A stretch of 57,558 nucleotides of DNA from Candidatus Alkanophaga volatiphilum (GCA_029259545.1 JAPHEE010000008.1:1-57558), one strand, 5' to 3'; numbered from the stretch's first letter, positions 1-8,942 are shown. The notes: a model not told the origin generated them from the letters alone. Numbers and translations: made by a program.

Positions 1-151
1 CAACTTCACTGGTATTCCCATGATCCTAACGAGCTGTAAAGACGTTCTCATGCGTTTCGCCTCAGCTTCATTTTGTTTTGGCATTCTCGTAAATTAATCT
101 AGCGCCGTATCGTTCGGTGATGAGCGGGAGGCTCGCAACAGTAACCGATAG

Positions 152-160
152 TTTTATATA
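152..160 (+). promoter_or_regulatory. Candidate archaeal TATA box for tnpA (near-leaderless transcript)
   Basis: ttttatata lies about 25 nt upstream of the ATG at 185. Confidence 0.3.
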
Positions 161-184
161 ACTTCATACATCTTAACCTAATTG

Positions 185-793
185 ATGCCCTTGATGAGGG
201 TGAAGGAGGCGGCGGAGTATCTGGGGGTTCATCCGAACACGCTGAGGAAGTACATCGACAAGGGAGTGATAAGGGGTGTTAGGATAGGGACCCATAGGTT
301 TGTGGAAAAGGCGGAGCTCGACAGGGTCATGGGGCGTCTCTCCGCCCCCGAAAAAAATACCGCGATCATATATGCGAGGGTTTCTACCCGCAAGCAGATG
401 GAGTATTTGAAGAGGCAGAGAGAGCGCCTCGTGGATTTCTGCAGGAGCAGAGGTTTGAAAATAGTTGAGATCATAGAGGACATAGGTTCAGGCTTGAATG
501 AGCGAAGAAGAGGTCTCAAAAAGCTCTTAAAGCTCGTAAGAGAAGGGAAAGCGAAGAAAGTTGTTGTTGAGTGCGAAGATAGGCTGACGAGATTCGGCTT
601 GGGATACTTGAAGGAGATTTTTGATGATTATGGAGTCGAGCTCGTTGTGGTGAATCAAGAAAGTAAAAGCCCTGAGGAAGAGCTTGTTAGAGACTTAATA
701 GCGATAGTAACCTCATTTTCAGGACGCATTTATGGGAAGAGAGGAGCTAGGAGAATAGTTCAGACAATAAAGGAGGAGAGTGCTCATGCCTAA
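185..793 (+). CDS. tnpA: IS607-family serine recombinase/resolvase with N-terminal MerR-type HTH
   Basis: HTH VKEAAEYLGVHPNTLRKYI, then a resolvase domain with the nucleophile-Ser motif IIYARVSTRKQ. Overlaps the downstream ORF (ATGCCTAA). Confidence 0.85.
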   Translation: MPLMRVKEAAEYLGVHPNTLRKYIDKGVIRGVRIGTHRFVEKAELDRVMGRLSAPEKNTAIIYARVSTRKQMEYLKRQRERLVDFCRSRGLKIVEIIEDIGSGLNERRRGLKKLLKLVREGKAKKVVVECEDRLTRFGLGYLKEIFDDYGVELVVVNQESKSPEEELVRDLIAIVTSFSGRIYGKRGARRIVQTIKEESAHA

Positions 794-2027
794 GGTCACA
801 ATTCCTGGGTATATATGCGAAATCTCGGAAGAAGATAGAGAAGAATTAGAGAAACTAATGTTCAAGTTTGGAAAAGCTCGTAGAAGGGCATACTCGCTGA
901 AGCAAAAGGGATACACGAAGCCTGGAATAGAGAGAATTCTGCAAGATGAAATAGGTTTGAACTCGCGCTATGTAAAAGATGCTTACAACTCAATAAAAAG
1001 CCTTCCTCCACATGTGACATTCGGAGGTCTTAAGAATCAAAGATCGAGGGAGAAAGGGAAAATTTCAAAGGAGGAATACCACAGAAGGAGGAATTCTATC
1101 GTTATATCTCGTGGAGATAAATCTAAAAATGGTAACCTCAACATACGGTTGAATTTAGAAAGAATGGAGCTTCGCATTAACACTGGCGAAGATAAGAAGT
1201 GGATATATCCAAAGGTATACATTCCTGAGAAATATCTCAAGAAGTATGGACACCTTCTTGATGGTTCTGCTCCTTATACTGTTCTCATAAAACGGCGCAG
1301 TGACGGAAAGTATAATGTCCACATAACCGCTGAAGTTCAAACAGAAGTGAAAGAAGGAAAGAGAGTGATGGCTTTAGATGTTAATGCAGGTCACATAGAC
1401 TTTGCTATCGTGGAAAAAGAAGAGCCTACGGTTGTTTCTGTGGGTAGAATAGAAGTCCATGAGACGCAGTATGTGAGAAGAGGTAAGAGAGAATACCGAA
1501 TCCACCAAGCAGTTGACAAAATAGGAAATATTGCCAAGCACTATGATGCGGATGTTGCCGTCGGAAAACTGAACACAGGCTCATTTAAGTCTGATAATAG
1601 AAAGGCGAATCGTAAAGTGAAGAACATGCCTCAACACAAATTCAGACAGACTCTAAAGAAGTTAGAGCGAAGAGGAATAAAAGTTGAGGAGAAATCTGAA
1701 AAGAACACGACGAGAGTTGGAGAGAAAATTTCTCCCCTTGTGGGCTTAGATGTTCATAAGTGTTCAGCAATCGCATTCGCTGTGAAAAGCATAAACTATA
1801 ACCTCTTCAGGCATCTTATCACGCTCCTCTCTGTAGTCTCCCCAGATGAAGGCGATGGAAGTCCGAGGGGAAGACGAAGGAGAGGTAAGCGGGCTAACTG
1901 CCCCTGTCCAGGGCATAGCTGGGCAGCGCCTCAGAGCGGCTACCCGGCGATGCCTGGTAGCTGGGGCCTCTCCTTCCTGGAGAGGTTAAAAGCCGGCCTA
2001 CCATGCCTTCATGTGAAGGTATGTTAG
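786..2027 (+). CDS. TnpB/OrfB-like protein with no zinc finger and no acidic residue at the RuvC-II position; true stop uncertain
   Basis: RuvC-I-like MALDVNAGHIDF and C-terminal GLDVHKCSAIAFAV (compare RDMNAAINIA in the tnpB at 10560..11906). There are no CxxC pairs. The last ~60 codons (SPDEGDGSPRGRRRRG...) overlie a hairpin-rich region and are probably not genuine protein. Confidence 0.65.
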   Translation: MPKVTIPGYICEISEEDREELEKLMFKFGKARRRAYSLKQKGYTKPGIERILQDEIGLNSRYVKDAYNSIKSLPPHVTFGGLKNQRSREKGKISKEEYHRRRNSIVISRGDKSKNGNLNIRLNLERMELRINTGEDKKWIYPKVYIPEKYLKKYGHLLDGSAPYTVLIKRRSDGKYNVHITAEVQTEVKEGKRVMALDVNAGHIDFAIVEKEEPTVVSVGRIEVHETQYVRRGKREYRIHQAVDKIGNIAKHYDADVAVGKLNTGSFKSDNRKANRKVKNMPQHKFRQTLKKLERRGIKVEEKSEKNTTRVGEKISPLVGLDVHKCSAIAFAVKSINYNLFRHLITLLSVVSPDEGDGSPRGRRRRGKRANCPCPGHSWAAPQSGYPAMPGSWGLSFLERLKAGLPCLHVKVC

Positions 2028-2045
2028 GCTGCGGCGACCAGGTAG
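1840..2045 (+). ncRNA. Candidate omega-RNA / right-end structured region of the IS607-type element
   Basis: Stems seen by eye: ctgccc...gggcag; cctctcc-ttcct-ggagagg; and a ~16-bp hairpin at 1996..2029 (gcctaccatgccttca / tgaaggtatgttaggc) spanning the ORF stop. Confidence 0.3.
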
Positions 2046-2109
2046 CCTTAGTGAGGAGAAAGCTGCGAATCATTTTTTAAGCGAGAAGAAATGTTGTATA
2101 GAAAAGGAG

Positions 2110-3117
2110 ATGCAAGAGAATGAAATAGACCTCGAGCATCTGGCTGAGAGCCTGCGGGATTTTGAGGGGGTGCAGCGGAAGAAGCCGATATACGACGTGA
2201 CGAGATTGTTCGGGGAAACTGAGAGCGTCGGCGGGCGTACCGTCATGGGTTTCGGGGACGACGCCGCCGTGCTCGAGCTTGATGATGAGTGTTACGTGCT
2301 GCTCGCAATAGACGGCATCTGGGGACGGCTGCTGGACGCCGACCCATGGTGGGCGGGTTATTGTGCAGTGCTCGTGAACGTGAACGACATTGCGGCGATG
2401 GGGGGCATGCCTGTCGCAATGGTAAATATGACGGCGACGCAGAGCCGTAACGTATGCGAGGAGCTTGTCAGAGGGATGCGGGACGGCGTCCGGAAGTTCG
2501 GCGTGCCGATGGTCGGCGGGCATATGCATCCTGACACCCCTTATGATGCGCTCGACGTCGCGATCGTCGGCGTCGTGAAGAAGGGCTGCGTCCTGCTATC
2601 AAACGGCGCGAAGCCCGGTGATGTCCTCGTCATCGGTATCGACGTGCACGGACGAGTTTACCCCAAGTTCCCGCTTGCTTGGGACAGCACGACGCTTCGT
2701 AGCTCTGCAGAGGTAAGGAAGCAGCGGCTCACAATGGTCGAGATCGGGGAGAAGTGCCTTGCGACCGCCGCCAAGGACATCAGCAACCCCGGCACCATAG
2801 GTAGCGTCGGCATGCTCCTTGAGACCTCAGATGTCGGCGGCGTGGTCGATCTCAGGGCGATCCCAAGAGCTGAGGGCGTGCCGCTTGAACACTGGCTGAA
2901 AATGTACCCAGGTACCGGCTTTGTGCTCTCGACCGAGAGCGAGAGCGCCGCCAAAAAGTGCATCGAGATTTTCGAGGCTGCTGACGTGAACGCAGCGATC
3001 GTCGGCGAGGTTGACAGCAGTAGAAAACTGAAAATAAGCAACGGCAACGATGAAACGACGGTGTTCGATTTCAATAAGGACATAATCACCGGAATAAGGA
3101 AGCCTGCGAGGCGTTAA
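2110..3117 (+). CDS. PurM/AIR-synthase-fold ATP-utilising protein (methanogenesis-marker-2-like)
   Basis: PurM-type N-domain motif GFGDDAAVLE. Length is ~335 aa. N-terminal LRDFEGVQRKKPIYDV resembles marker-protein-2 family members as I recall them. Confidence 0.6.
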   Translation: MQENEIDLEHLAESLRDFEGVQRKKPIYDVTRLFGETESVGGRTVMGFGDDAAVLELDDECYVLLAIDGIWGRLLDADPWWAGYCAVLVNVNDIAAMGGMPVAMVNMTATQSRNVCEELVRGMRDGVRKFGVPMVGGHMHPDTPYDALDVAIVGVVKKGCVLLSNGAKPGDVLVIGIDVHGRVYPKFPLAWDSTTLRSSAEVRKQRLTMVEIGEKCLATAAKDISNPGTIGSVGMLLETSDVGGVVDLRAIPRAEGVPLEHWLKMYPGTGFVLSTESESAAKKCIEIFEAADVNAAIVGEVDSSRKLKISNGNDETTVFDFNKDIITGIRKPARR

Positions 3118-3118
3118 G

Positions 3119-4594
3119 ATGGCGTCACTGATATATGCAGAGAGCATCCCCGAAGCCTACGTGCTGGCAAACAAGGAAGTGCTGGAGCAAGGCGTGGATG
3201 CAGCATCAGAGCGGGGTGCCGTCAGGTTCGTCGACGACCTGCTCGTCGTTGTGAAGCGTCCGGAAGTTGCGATCGCCGAGGGCTCACCGCACGCCTCGCA
3301 CTTTTCAATATTTGCGGAGACGCCGAACGAAGTTTGGAGGATAAGCGGCGTACCCGGCGTCTTCGAACGCGATGAAACTTATGCAGACCGCTTCAGGGTG
3401 CCTTTAGATCAAATAAGTGAAGGAGTGGAGCTGATAAGGAGAAAGCCTCATTCGAGGAGGTTTTGTATAAGCGTTGCCCGCCCTTGGGATGTGCTGAGCA
3501 GGACGCCGCCGTCGCTCATGGAGGTTTACGTGCAGGTTTTGGACGCCGCCGAGCCGGACGCCGCAGGGCGAAATGCCGGAGAAGTCGGCAGAAGGGGTAG
3601 TGGACGTAAGGAAGTGCACGTTACCGGCTTTTTCAGGAGCGTCGACGTGTTCAATTACTTAAACTTAAATCTCAACGGCTTATGCGAGCTTCAAAAACTT
3701 GTCTGTGAGGAAACCGGTTATGAAAGGGGCAGCGTCGCGGCGTTCCTCGTGAACGCTCACTTTTACCTCAGGAACGAGCGTCAGGTGGAAGAAGTCGCCA
3801 GCAGTGCGGAGGCGGGCGGTGACGCTACGAGCGAGGCTGAGACCGTGCGGCTTGGCGGGCTGATAAGAGCCGGGCACTTGCCGGAAGGTTGGCATGAGAC
3901 GCTTGCGCTCGTCTATCATCACGGGCTGCTTGCGGAGACGGAGTGGGGCGAGGTCTTTGAGAGGAAGCGGCGGGCGAAGTTCGCGCACAGGCTCCTTTTA
4001 GAAGTGGAACGCCCGTCGGAGGACATGGAGGACGAGAAGGCGCCGTTCACGAGGAAATATTTGGAGGAGTATGCGTTGCGTTACGTGCTCGGCACGACGA
4101 ACCTTCCGGCGTCGCCGCCCGACATCGTCTACGAGGAGGGCGAAGCCTACACTTATGCCTCGAGGGCGAGATGCGAGCCTGCCGACGTGACGTTCTTCGG
4201 CCTCAAGAGGCCGATAGATCAGCTTTACCACGCTGTGGAGCTTCTTAAGAAGAATAAGATGACCAGGCGTGCTGCCGTCGTCATTTCGAGACCTTGGGAC
4301 ATTTTGAGCGGAGACCCTGCATGTTTAAGGGGTTATGTGTTCCATGCAGATGCGCAAGACCCTGAAATTTTGAGAATAACGCTGTTCATGCGTTCTAACG
4401 ACGCTTACGGCGCGACGCTTGCGAATCAGTTTGCGTTCACGCGGCTTGCGGAGTTCGTCGCTGCGAAAGCGGGGTTCAAGGCTGTGAAATTAACACTACT
4501 CGCGACGAACATGCACATCTACGAGGACTCTTTTGGGTTCGTCGAGGGGTTGCTGAAGCCGAAGATGCCATCGTTCGGCGAGCTTCTCGGTTGA
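3119..4594 (+). CDS. Tandem thymidylate-synthase (ThyA)-fold fusion protein
   Basis: Two ThyA-like halves. Half 1: SRRFCISVARPWD..PPSLMEVYVQV..RSVDVFNYLNLNLNG. Half 2: TRRAAVVISRPWD..PACLRGYVFH..RSNDAYGATLANQFAF. Confidence 0.6.
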   Translation: MASLIYAESIPEAYVLANKEVLEQGVDAASERGAVRFVDDLLVVVKRPEVAIAEGSPHASHFSIFAETPNEVWRISGVPGVFERDETYADRFRVPLDQISEGVELIRRKPHSRRFCISVARPWDVLSRTPPSLMEVYVQVLDAAEPDAAGRNAGEVGRRGSGRKEVHVTGFFRSVDVFNYLNLNLNGLCELQKLVCEETGYERGSVAAFLVNAHFYLRNERQVEEVASSAEAGGDATSEAETVRLGGLIRAGHLPEGWHETLALVYHHGLLAETEWGEVFERKRRAKFAHRLLLEVERPSEDMEDEKAPFTRKYLEEYALRYVLGTTNLPASPPDIVYEEGEAYTYASRARCEPADVTFFGLKRPIDQLYHAVELLKKNKMTRRAAVVISRPWDILSGDPACLRGYVFHADAQDPEILRITLFMRSNDAYGATLANQFAFTRLAEFVAAKAGFKAVKLTLLATNMHIYEDSFGFVEGLLKPKMPSFGELLG

Positions 4595-4652
4595 AATCCG
4601 ACCCGCCTTAAAATCGCTCTCTTTTTTAAGAAACTCATCCAATTTCCCCCTT

Positions 4653-5663
4653 ATGCGTGTGGCGATCAACGGCTTCGGTAGGATAGGCAGAGTGGTGCTG
4701 CGGGCTGCGATCAAAAAGGGCGTGCTCGGCTCCGGCTTCGAAATCGTGGCGGTGAACGACCTTGCGGAGGCGAAAACGCTGGCACACCTCCTGAAGTACG
4801 ACTCGGTGCATGGCATTCTCAACGAAGATGTGCGGGCTGGCGCCGCTGAGTTGATCGTTGGCGAGCACCGGATAAAAGTACTTTCGGAGGCGGATCCCGA
4901 GAAACTGCCGTGGCGGGAGCTCGGCGTGGACGTGGTGGTCGAGGCTACGGGACGTTTCACCGCCCGTGAGGGCGCAGCAAAACACCTGAAAGCAGGCTGC
5001 AAGAAAGTTGTTATCACGGCGCCGGCGAAAAATCCAGACGTGACGATTGCGCCGGGCATCAACGATGCGATGTACGACCACGAGCGGCATCAGATAATCT
5101 CGCTGGCGTCGTGCACCACGAACTGCCTCGCGCCGCTCGCCAAGGTTCTGCATGAGCGGTTTGGCATCCGGAAAGGCTTCATGACGACGGTCCACGCCTA
5201 CACGAACGACCAGCGGATCTTGGACCTGCAGCATCGGGATCTAAGGAGGGCGAGGGCGGCGGCGCTCTCCATCATACCGACGACGACAGGAGCGGCGGTT
5301 GCGATCGGTGAGGTCATACCCGAGCTGAAGGGCAAGCTCGACGGGATTGCGGTGCGGGTGCCGGTGGCGAACGTTTCCATCGTAGATTTCGTGGCAGAGC
5401 TGGAGCGGGAGGTGAACGCCGATGAGGTGAACAAGGCGTTTGAAGACGCCGCAAACAACGAGCTTAAGGGCATACTGGCGGTATGCCACGAGCCGCTCGT
5501 CTCCATAGACTTCATCGGCGACGAACACTCCTCAATCGTCGACGCGCTTTCCACAAATGCCATTGGAAACCTCGTGAAGGTGCTTGCATGGTATGACAAC
5601 GAGTTCGGATACTCTTGTAGAGTCGTGGACTTCGTGACGAGGCTTGCGAAGCTGGGATTGTGA
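4653..5663 (+). CDS. gap: Glyceraldehyde-3-phosphate dehydrogenase, class I (bacterial/eukaryal type)
   Basis: INGFGRIGR NAD-binding motif and active-site ASCTTNCLAPLAKV. Length 336 aa. Confidence 0.9.
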   Translation: MRVAINGFGRIGRVVLRAAIKKGVLGSGFEIVAVNDLAEAKTLAHLLKYDSVHGILNEDVRAGAAELIVGEHRIKVLSEADPEKLPWRELGVDVVVEATGRFTAREGAAKHLKAGCKKVVITAPAKNPDVTIAPGINDAMYDHERHQIISLASCTTNCLAPLAKVLHERFGIRKGFMTTVHAYTNDQRILDLQHRDLRRARAAALSIIPTTTGAAVAIGEVIPELKGKLDGIAVRVPVANVSIVDFVAELEREVNADEVNKAFEDAANNELKGILAVCHEPLVSIDFIGDEHSSIVDALSTNAIGNLVKVLAWYDNEFGYSCRVVDFVTRLAKLGL

Positions 5664-5729
5664 TGCTGCGGCGCGCAATGGGGGATAAACAGCTATGGGG
5701 CTAAGCCTGCCCCAGCAGGACGGCGGGCG

Positions 5730-6611
5730 TTGGCGGTAGGTCAGGCTGCGACAGGGAGGGCGTTCGTGACGCTTGCCGGGCTGCTTGCCGGGCTGCACAT
5801 CGTAATCAACAAAATAGGGCTCGCAGGTGGGCTGCACCCGCTGACGTTCGCCGCCTTCAAACCGATAATCTCCATCGTTGTGATCGTGACGATCTTCCAG
5901 AGGCGAGTTGCAGCGGAACTCCCGCTGCTCAGGGCGGAGCTCAAGCCGCTGCTGCTCATGGGCGTCGTCGGCTACGGGGTTGCGCCGATAACGCTGTTCT
6001 ACGGGCAGAATCTGACCTCGGCAACGAACTCGGCATTTCTGCTGCAAACGGAGCCGCTGTTCGTGGTGGCACTCGCTGCCTTGATTTTTGAGGAGCGTAT
6101 CGGGCGTCAAGGAGTAGCTTCCACGCTCCTGCTGTTGCTCGGAGCGTATCTGATAACTACCGGTGGCGTGCGGATCGTCCCGAGGCTCGGCGACTCCCTA
6201 ATACTGCTGACGGCGCTGCTCTTCGGCGTCGGCGATGTCGTGGCGAAAATCCCGCTGCGACGGCTGAGCGCAAGCACGACTGCCCTCCTCGGATACACGT
6301 TCGGCGGCGCCTTCCTGATAGCGGTGTGGGGCTTTGCGTCGCCTTCCGCAACGCCGTCGCCGCACGAGTGGCTCTGGATTGCGCTCTCGTCACTGACCAT
6401 CACCTTCTGCACGATATTTCTCTACGAGGGCATCAGACGTATCGGTGTGAGCCGCTCCATACTGCTTGTTTACCTCATAACGCCGCTGTCGGCAGCTGTG
6501 CTCGCACGTATCGCCCTTGGAGAAAGTATGACAGGAGTGCAAATGCTAGGTGCTGCGCTGCTACTATGCGGTGTGGCTCTGATGGCGAGCATGAGGCAGG
6601 AGGATAAATAA
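5730..6611 (+). CDS. EamA/DMT-family membrane transporter (start uncertain)
   Basis: About 10 hydrophobic segments, a two-fold internal EamA-like arrangement, ~290 aa. Confidence 0.6.
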   Translation: MAVGQAATGRAFVTLAGLLAGLHIVINKIGLAGGLHPLTFAAFKPIISIVVIVTIFQRRVAAELPLLRAELKPLLLMGVVGYGVAPITLFYGQNLTSATNSAFLLQTEPLFVVALAALIFEERIGRQGVASTLLLLLGAYLITTGGVRIVPRLGDSLILLTALLFGVGDVVAKIPLRRLSASTTALLGYTFGGAFLIAVWGFASPSATPSPHEWLWIALSSLTITFCTIFLYEGIRRIGVSRSILLVYLITPLSAAVLARIALGESMTGVQMLGAALLLCGVALMASMRQEDK

Positions 6612-6643
6612 TGAGAGAGAATTAATGGGTGAGGTGGCAAAGA

Positions 6644-6928
6644 ATGCCGGCGGCGTGTGGAGTAGCATGCGACGTTTGCGCGCTTAAAGATGCCTGCGGG
6701 GGCGGCTGCCCGCCCGGCAACGACGAGGAAGCGGTGGCGGCACGCCTTAACTACATCAAGGAGAAGTTCGGGATGTCGTGTCCGATCTTGGAGTGCGCAG
6801 CGAGAAAGGGCGTGGATTTCTGCTTGCGGTGCGCCGACTTCCCCTGCGGGACGCACTACGAGCACGGCACGCCCTTCAGCCAAAAGTTCCTTGACATGAT
6901 GAAAAAGTTCAAAGAACAAATGGAGTAA
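6644..6928 (+). CDS. Small Cys-rich protein (DUF3795-like, putative metal/Fe-S binding)
   Basis: CGVACDVC..CGGGCPPG..CPILEC..CLRCADFPC cysteine pattern. ggtgaggtgg RBS precedes the ATG at 6644. Confidence 0.5.
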   Translation: MPAACGVACDVCALKDACGGGCPPGNDEEAVAARLNYIKEKFGMSCPILECAARKGVDFCLRCADFPCGTHYEHGTPFSQKFLDMMKKFKEQME

Positions 6929-7436
6929 ACTTTCACTTCAGACTCCGACACTCCTTGCCTTCAGCCTAAGTGTAGATACGACCTCTCAAAGCCACGCATT
7001 TCAGGGCAACTTGGCTCTTCGTAAAATTCTGCCCCCCAAACACTACCAAGAGTTTGCTTTACTATCTGTACTTCGTGGCGGCTCGCCTTTGTTTGCGGAG
7101 GGTTGCGATGCTGAATACGAACGCCAGCAGCCCGGTTTCAGCGTAAGAAGACCTGAGGGGCCATCGACTTCTCCGGTGCACATATAAGAAACAAACCAAA
7201 CAAATTACGGCGACGGCGGGCACCCTGGGCGCTTCGCACCTTGCCCTTCGGGTCACTTAACAGGTAAATATGCGTTTCGTTTCCGCTCGCTCAAATTTCG
7301 CAAGGCGAAACCTCACATATCCCAGAGCGTTAGGCGTAATCGGGCGGTGCGGCTTGAAACAACAGAAACGGGTTGAAATGCGTGCGACTGCTAGATTACA
7401 GTCTCCACCTGAGCACGAGCATGCCCCATACAAGAG

Positions 7437-8942
7437 TCATTGCCGCTCGGCGCCGCCGACGAGGATTTCCTTGATGCGGACGTGCGGCGCGTACTCCGCA
7501 ACAGGGACTTCCTGCCCGTCCTTTCCGCAGAAGCCGATGCTGCCGTGCTTGAAGTCCTTGCCGACGGCGTCCACGTTCCTTAAAGCATCGAGCGTGAGTC
7601 CGGAAAGCGACACGTTCTTAAGGCGTTGCTTCAGCTCGCCACGTTCCACTAAGAAAGCTTCCTCGGCGCTGAACTGAAATTCGCCTCGCGTCGTATCGAC
7701 CTGCCCACCCCGCATGCCCTTTGCATAGATTCCAAACTTCACATCCTCAAGCATCTCTTCAAAACTCCAGTCGCCGCCAGCGATGACGGTGTTGCTCATC
7801 CTGACGAGCGGGACTTCGCTGTAGCCTGCTGCCCTTGCGTTCCCTGTGGGTTCGATCCTGATGTCGTCGATTTCGACGTCACCGCCTTCGAAGCCGCCGC
7901 CCCGCCCGGCGAGAAACCGCCGCCGCAGCTCGCCCGCCGTCTCCCGACTGTGCAGGTACGAGACGAGCACGCCGTCCTTTATGAGCGTCGTGCGTCTGGC
8001 AGGGACGCCCTCGTCGTCGTATTTGTAAAAACCGTGCGAACATTCGATAGTAGGGTCGTCGAAGACGTTGAGTAACGGCGACGCAATCTGCGTCCCGAGC
8101 TTGTCCGCAAGGATGGATTCGCCCGCAAGCACGTGGTCGGCTTCGGCGGCATGTCCTAAGGCTTCATGCATAAAGACGCCTGTTAGCTTGTTGTCCATGA
8201 TCACCGGGACCCTTCCGGCAGGCGGCAGCTTTGCGTCTAAAAGACGGACCGCCCTGTCAGCCGCACGCAATGCCACTTTTTCGGCATCCGCCGCCTCGAG
8301 AAACTCCAGACCGGCGACGGCGCCCACGCTCTCCGTCGCCTCTTGGAGGACGCTGCCACGCCTTGCGACCACACGAACACGCAGCATCACCGCCGGCATC
8401 CTCGTCACGATGAGGGCGCCCTCAGAGCTCATGAACAGCCGCTCCTCGAATCCATCGACGTAGACGACGGTTACGCTTTTCACGTACGGGCTGTGCGTTT
8501 TCGCAGCGTTGAAAGCATATTTGACGAACTTTAGCTTGTCATCAACGCTGACGTCCTCAGGGCTCAATTTCGGCTTCAGCGAAAATTCGTCCTCGACGAC
8601 AGTAACTTCCGCAAGATCCGCCATGCTGTCGGCTCTGGGGAGTGCTCTTGCGACGCTCAACGCCTCCTCAAACGCCTTTTTGACCCTCGTCGCTGAAAGT
8701 TCCGTCGTAGATGCAAAGCCCCAGGCGTTCTCGTAAAGGACTCTTACACCAATGCCGCTATCCACGCCGAAGGAAAGCTCACGCATCCGCTCCTCATTAA
8801 GCTCGATGATGGTGCCGTACGTTCGTTCAACCCGGATGTCCGCATACCTCACGCCGACGCCGAGGGCGTAATCGAGAGCTGGGCGCAATCTTAAACTCTC
8901 CACTTCTTCCCTAAAGTTCGACAACGGAGGTCTGTCAAACAT
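7437..8942 (-). CDS. tldD: TldD-family metalloprotease
   Basis: HEALGHAAEADH metal-binding motif, ~500 aa, TldD/PmbA-like overall pattern. Confidence 0.8.
   Translation of the reverse strand: MFDRPPLSNFREEVESLRLRPALDYALGVGVRYADIRVERTYGTIIELNEERMRELSFGVDSGIGVRVLYENAWGFASTTELSATRVKKAFEEALSVARALPRADSMADLAEVTVVEDEFSLKPKLSPEDVSVDDKLKFVKYAFNAAKTHSPYVKSVTVVYVDGFEERLFMSSEGALIVTRMPAVMLRVRVVARRGSVLQEATESVGAVAGLEFLEAADAEKVALRAADRAVRLLDAKLPPAGRVPVIMDNKLTGVFMHEALGHAAEADHVLAGESILADKLGTQIASPLLNVFDDPTIECSHGFYKYDDEGVPARRTTLIKDGVLVSYLHSRETAGELRRRFLAGRGGGFEGGDVEIDDIRIEPTGNARAAGYSEVPLVRMSNTVIAGGDWSFEEMLEDVKFGIYAKGMRGGQVDTTRGEFQFSAEEAFLVERGELKQRLKNVSLSGLTLDALRNVDAVGKDFKHGSIGFCGKDGQEVPVAEYAPHVRIKEILVGGAERQ

Larger units (their letters stand above)
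152..2045 (+). mobile_element. IS607-type insertion element (serine recombinase tnpA + tnpB-like ORF + structured 3' end); boundaries approximate
   Basis: Overlapping serine-recombinase and TnpB-like ORFs. G+C is visibly lower than the flanking genes. The 3' end is hairpin-rich and followed by a T6 run at 2073..2078. Confidence 0.6.

Noticed and set aside
2027-2043. 15/16-nt match between aggctgcggcgaccag (IS607 3' flank) and aggctgcggtgaccag in MITE copy 1 (about 30559..30574)
   Set aside because: This is a single short G+C-rich match with no extended flanking similarity. It could be chance, so it is not used to link the two element families.
7270-7677. 135-aa plus-strand ORF starting in the gene-free gap
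   Set aside because: It runs antisense into the tldD 3' end. The composition is R/S-rich and there is no RBS or promoter signal.
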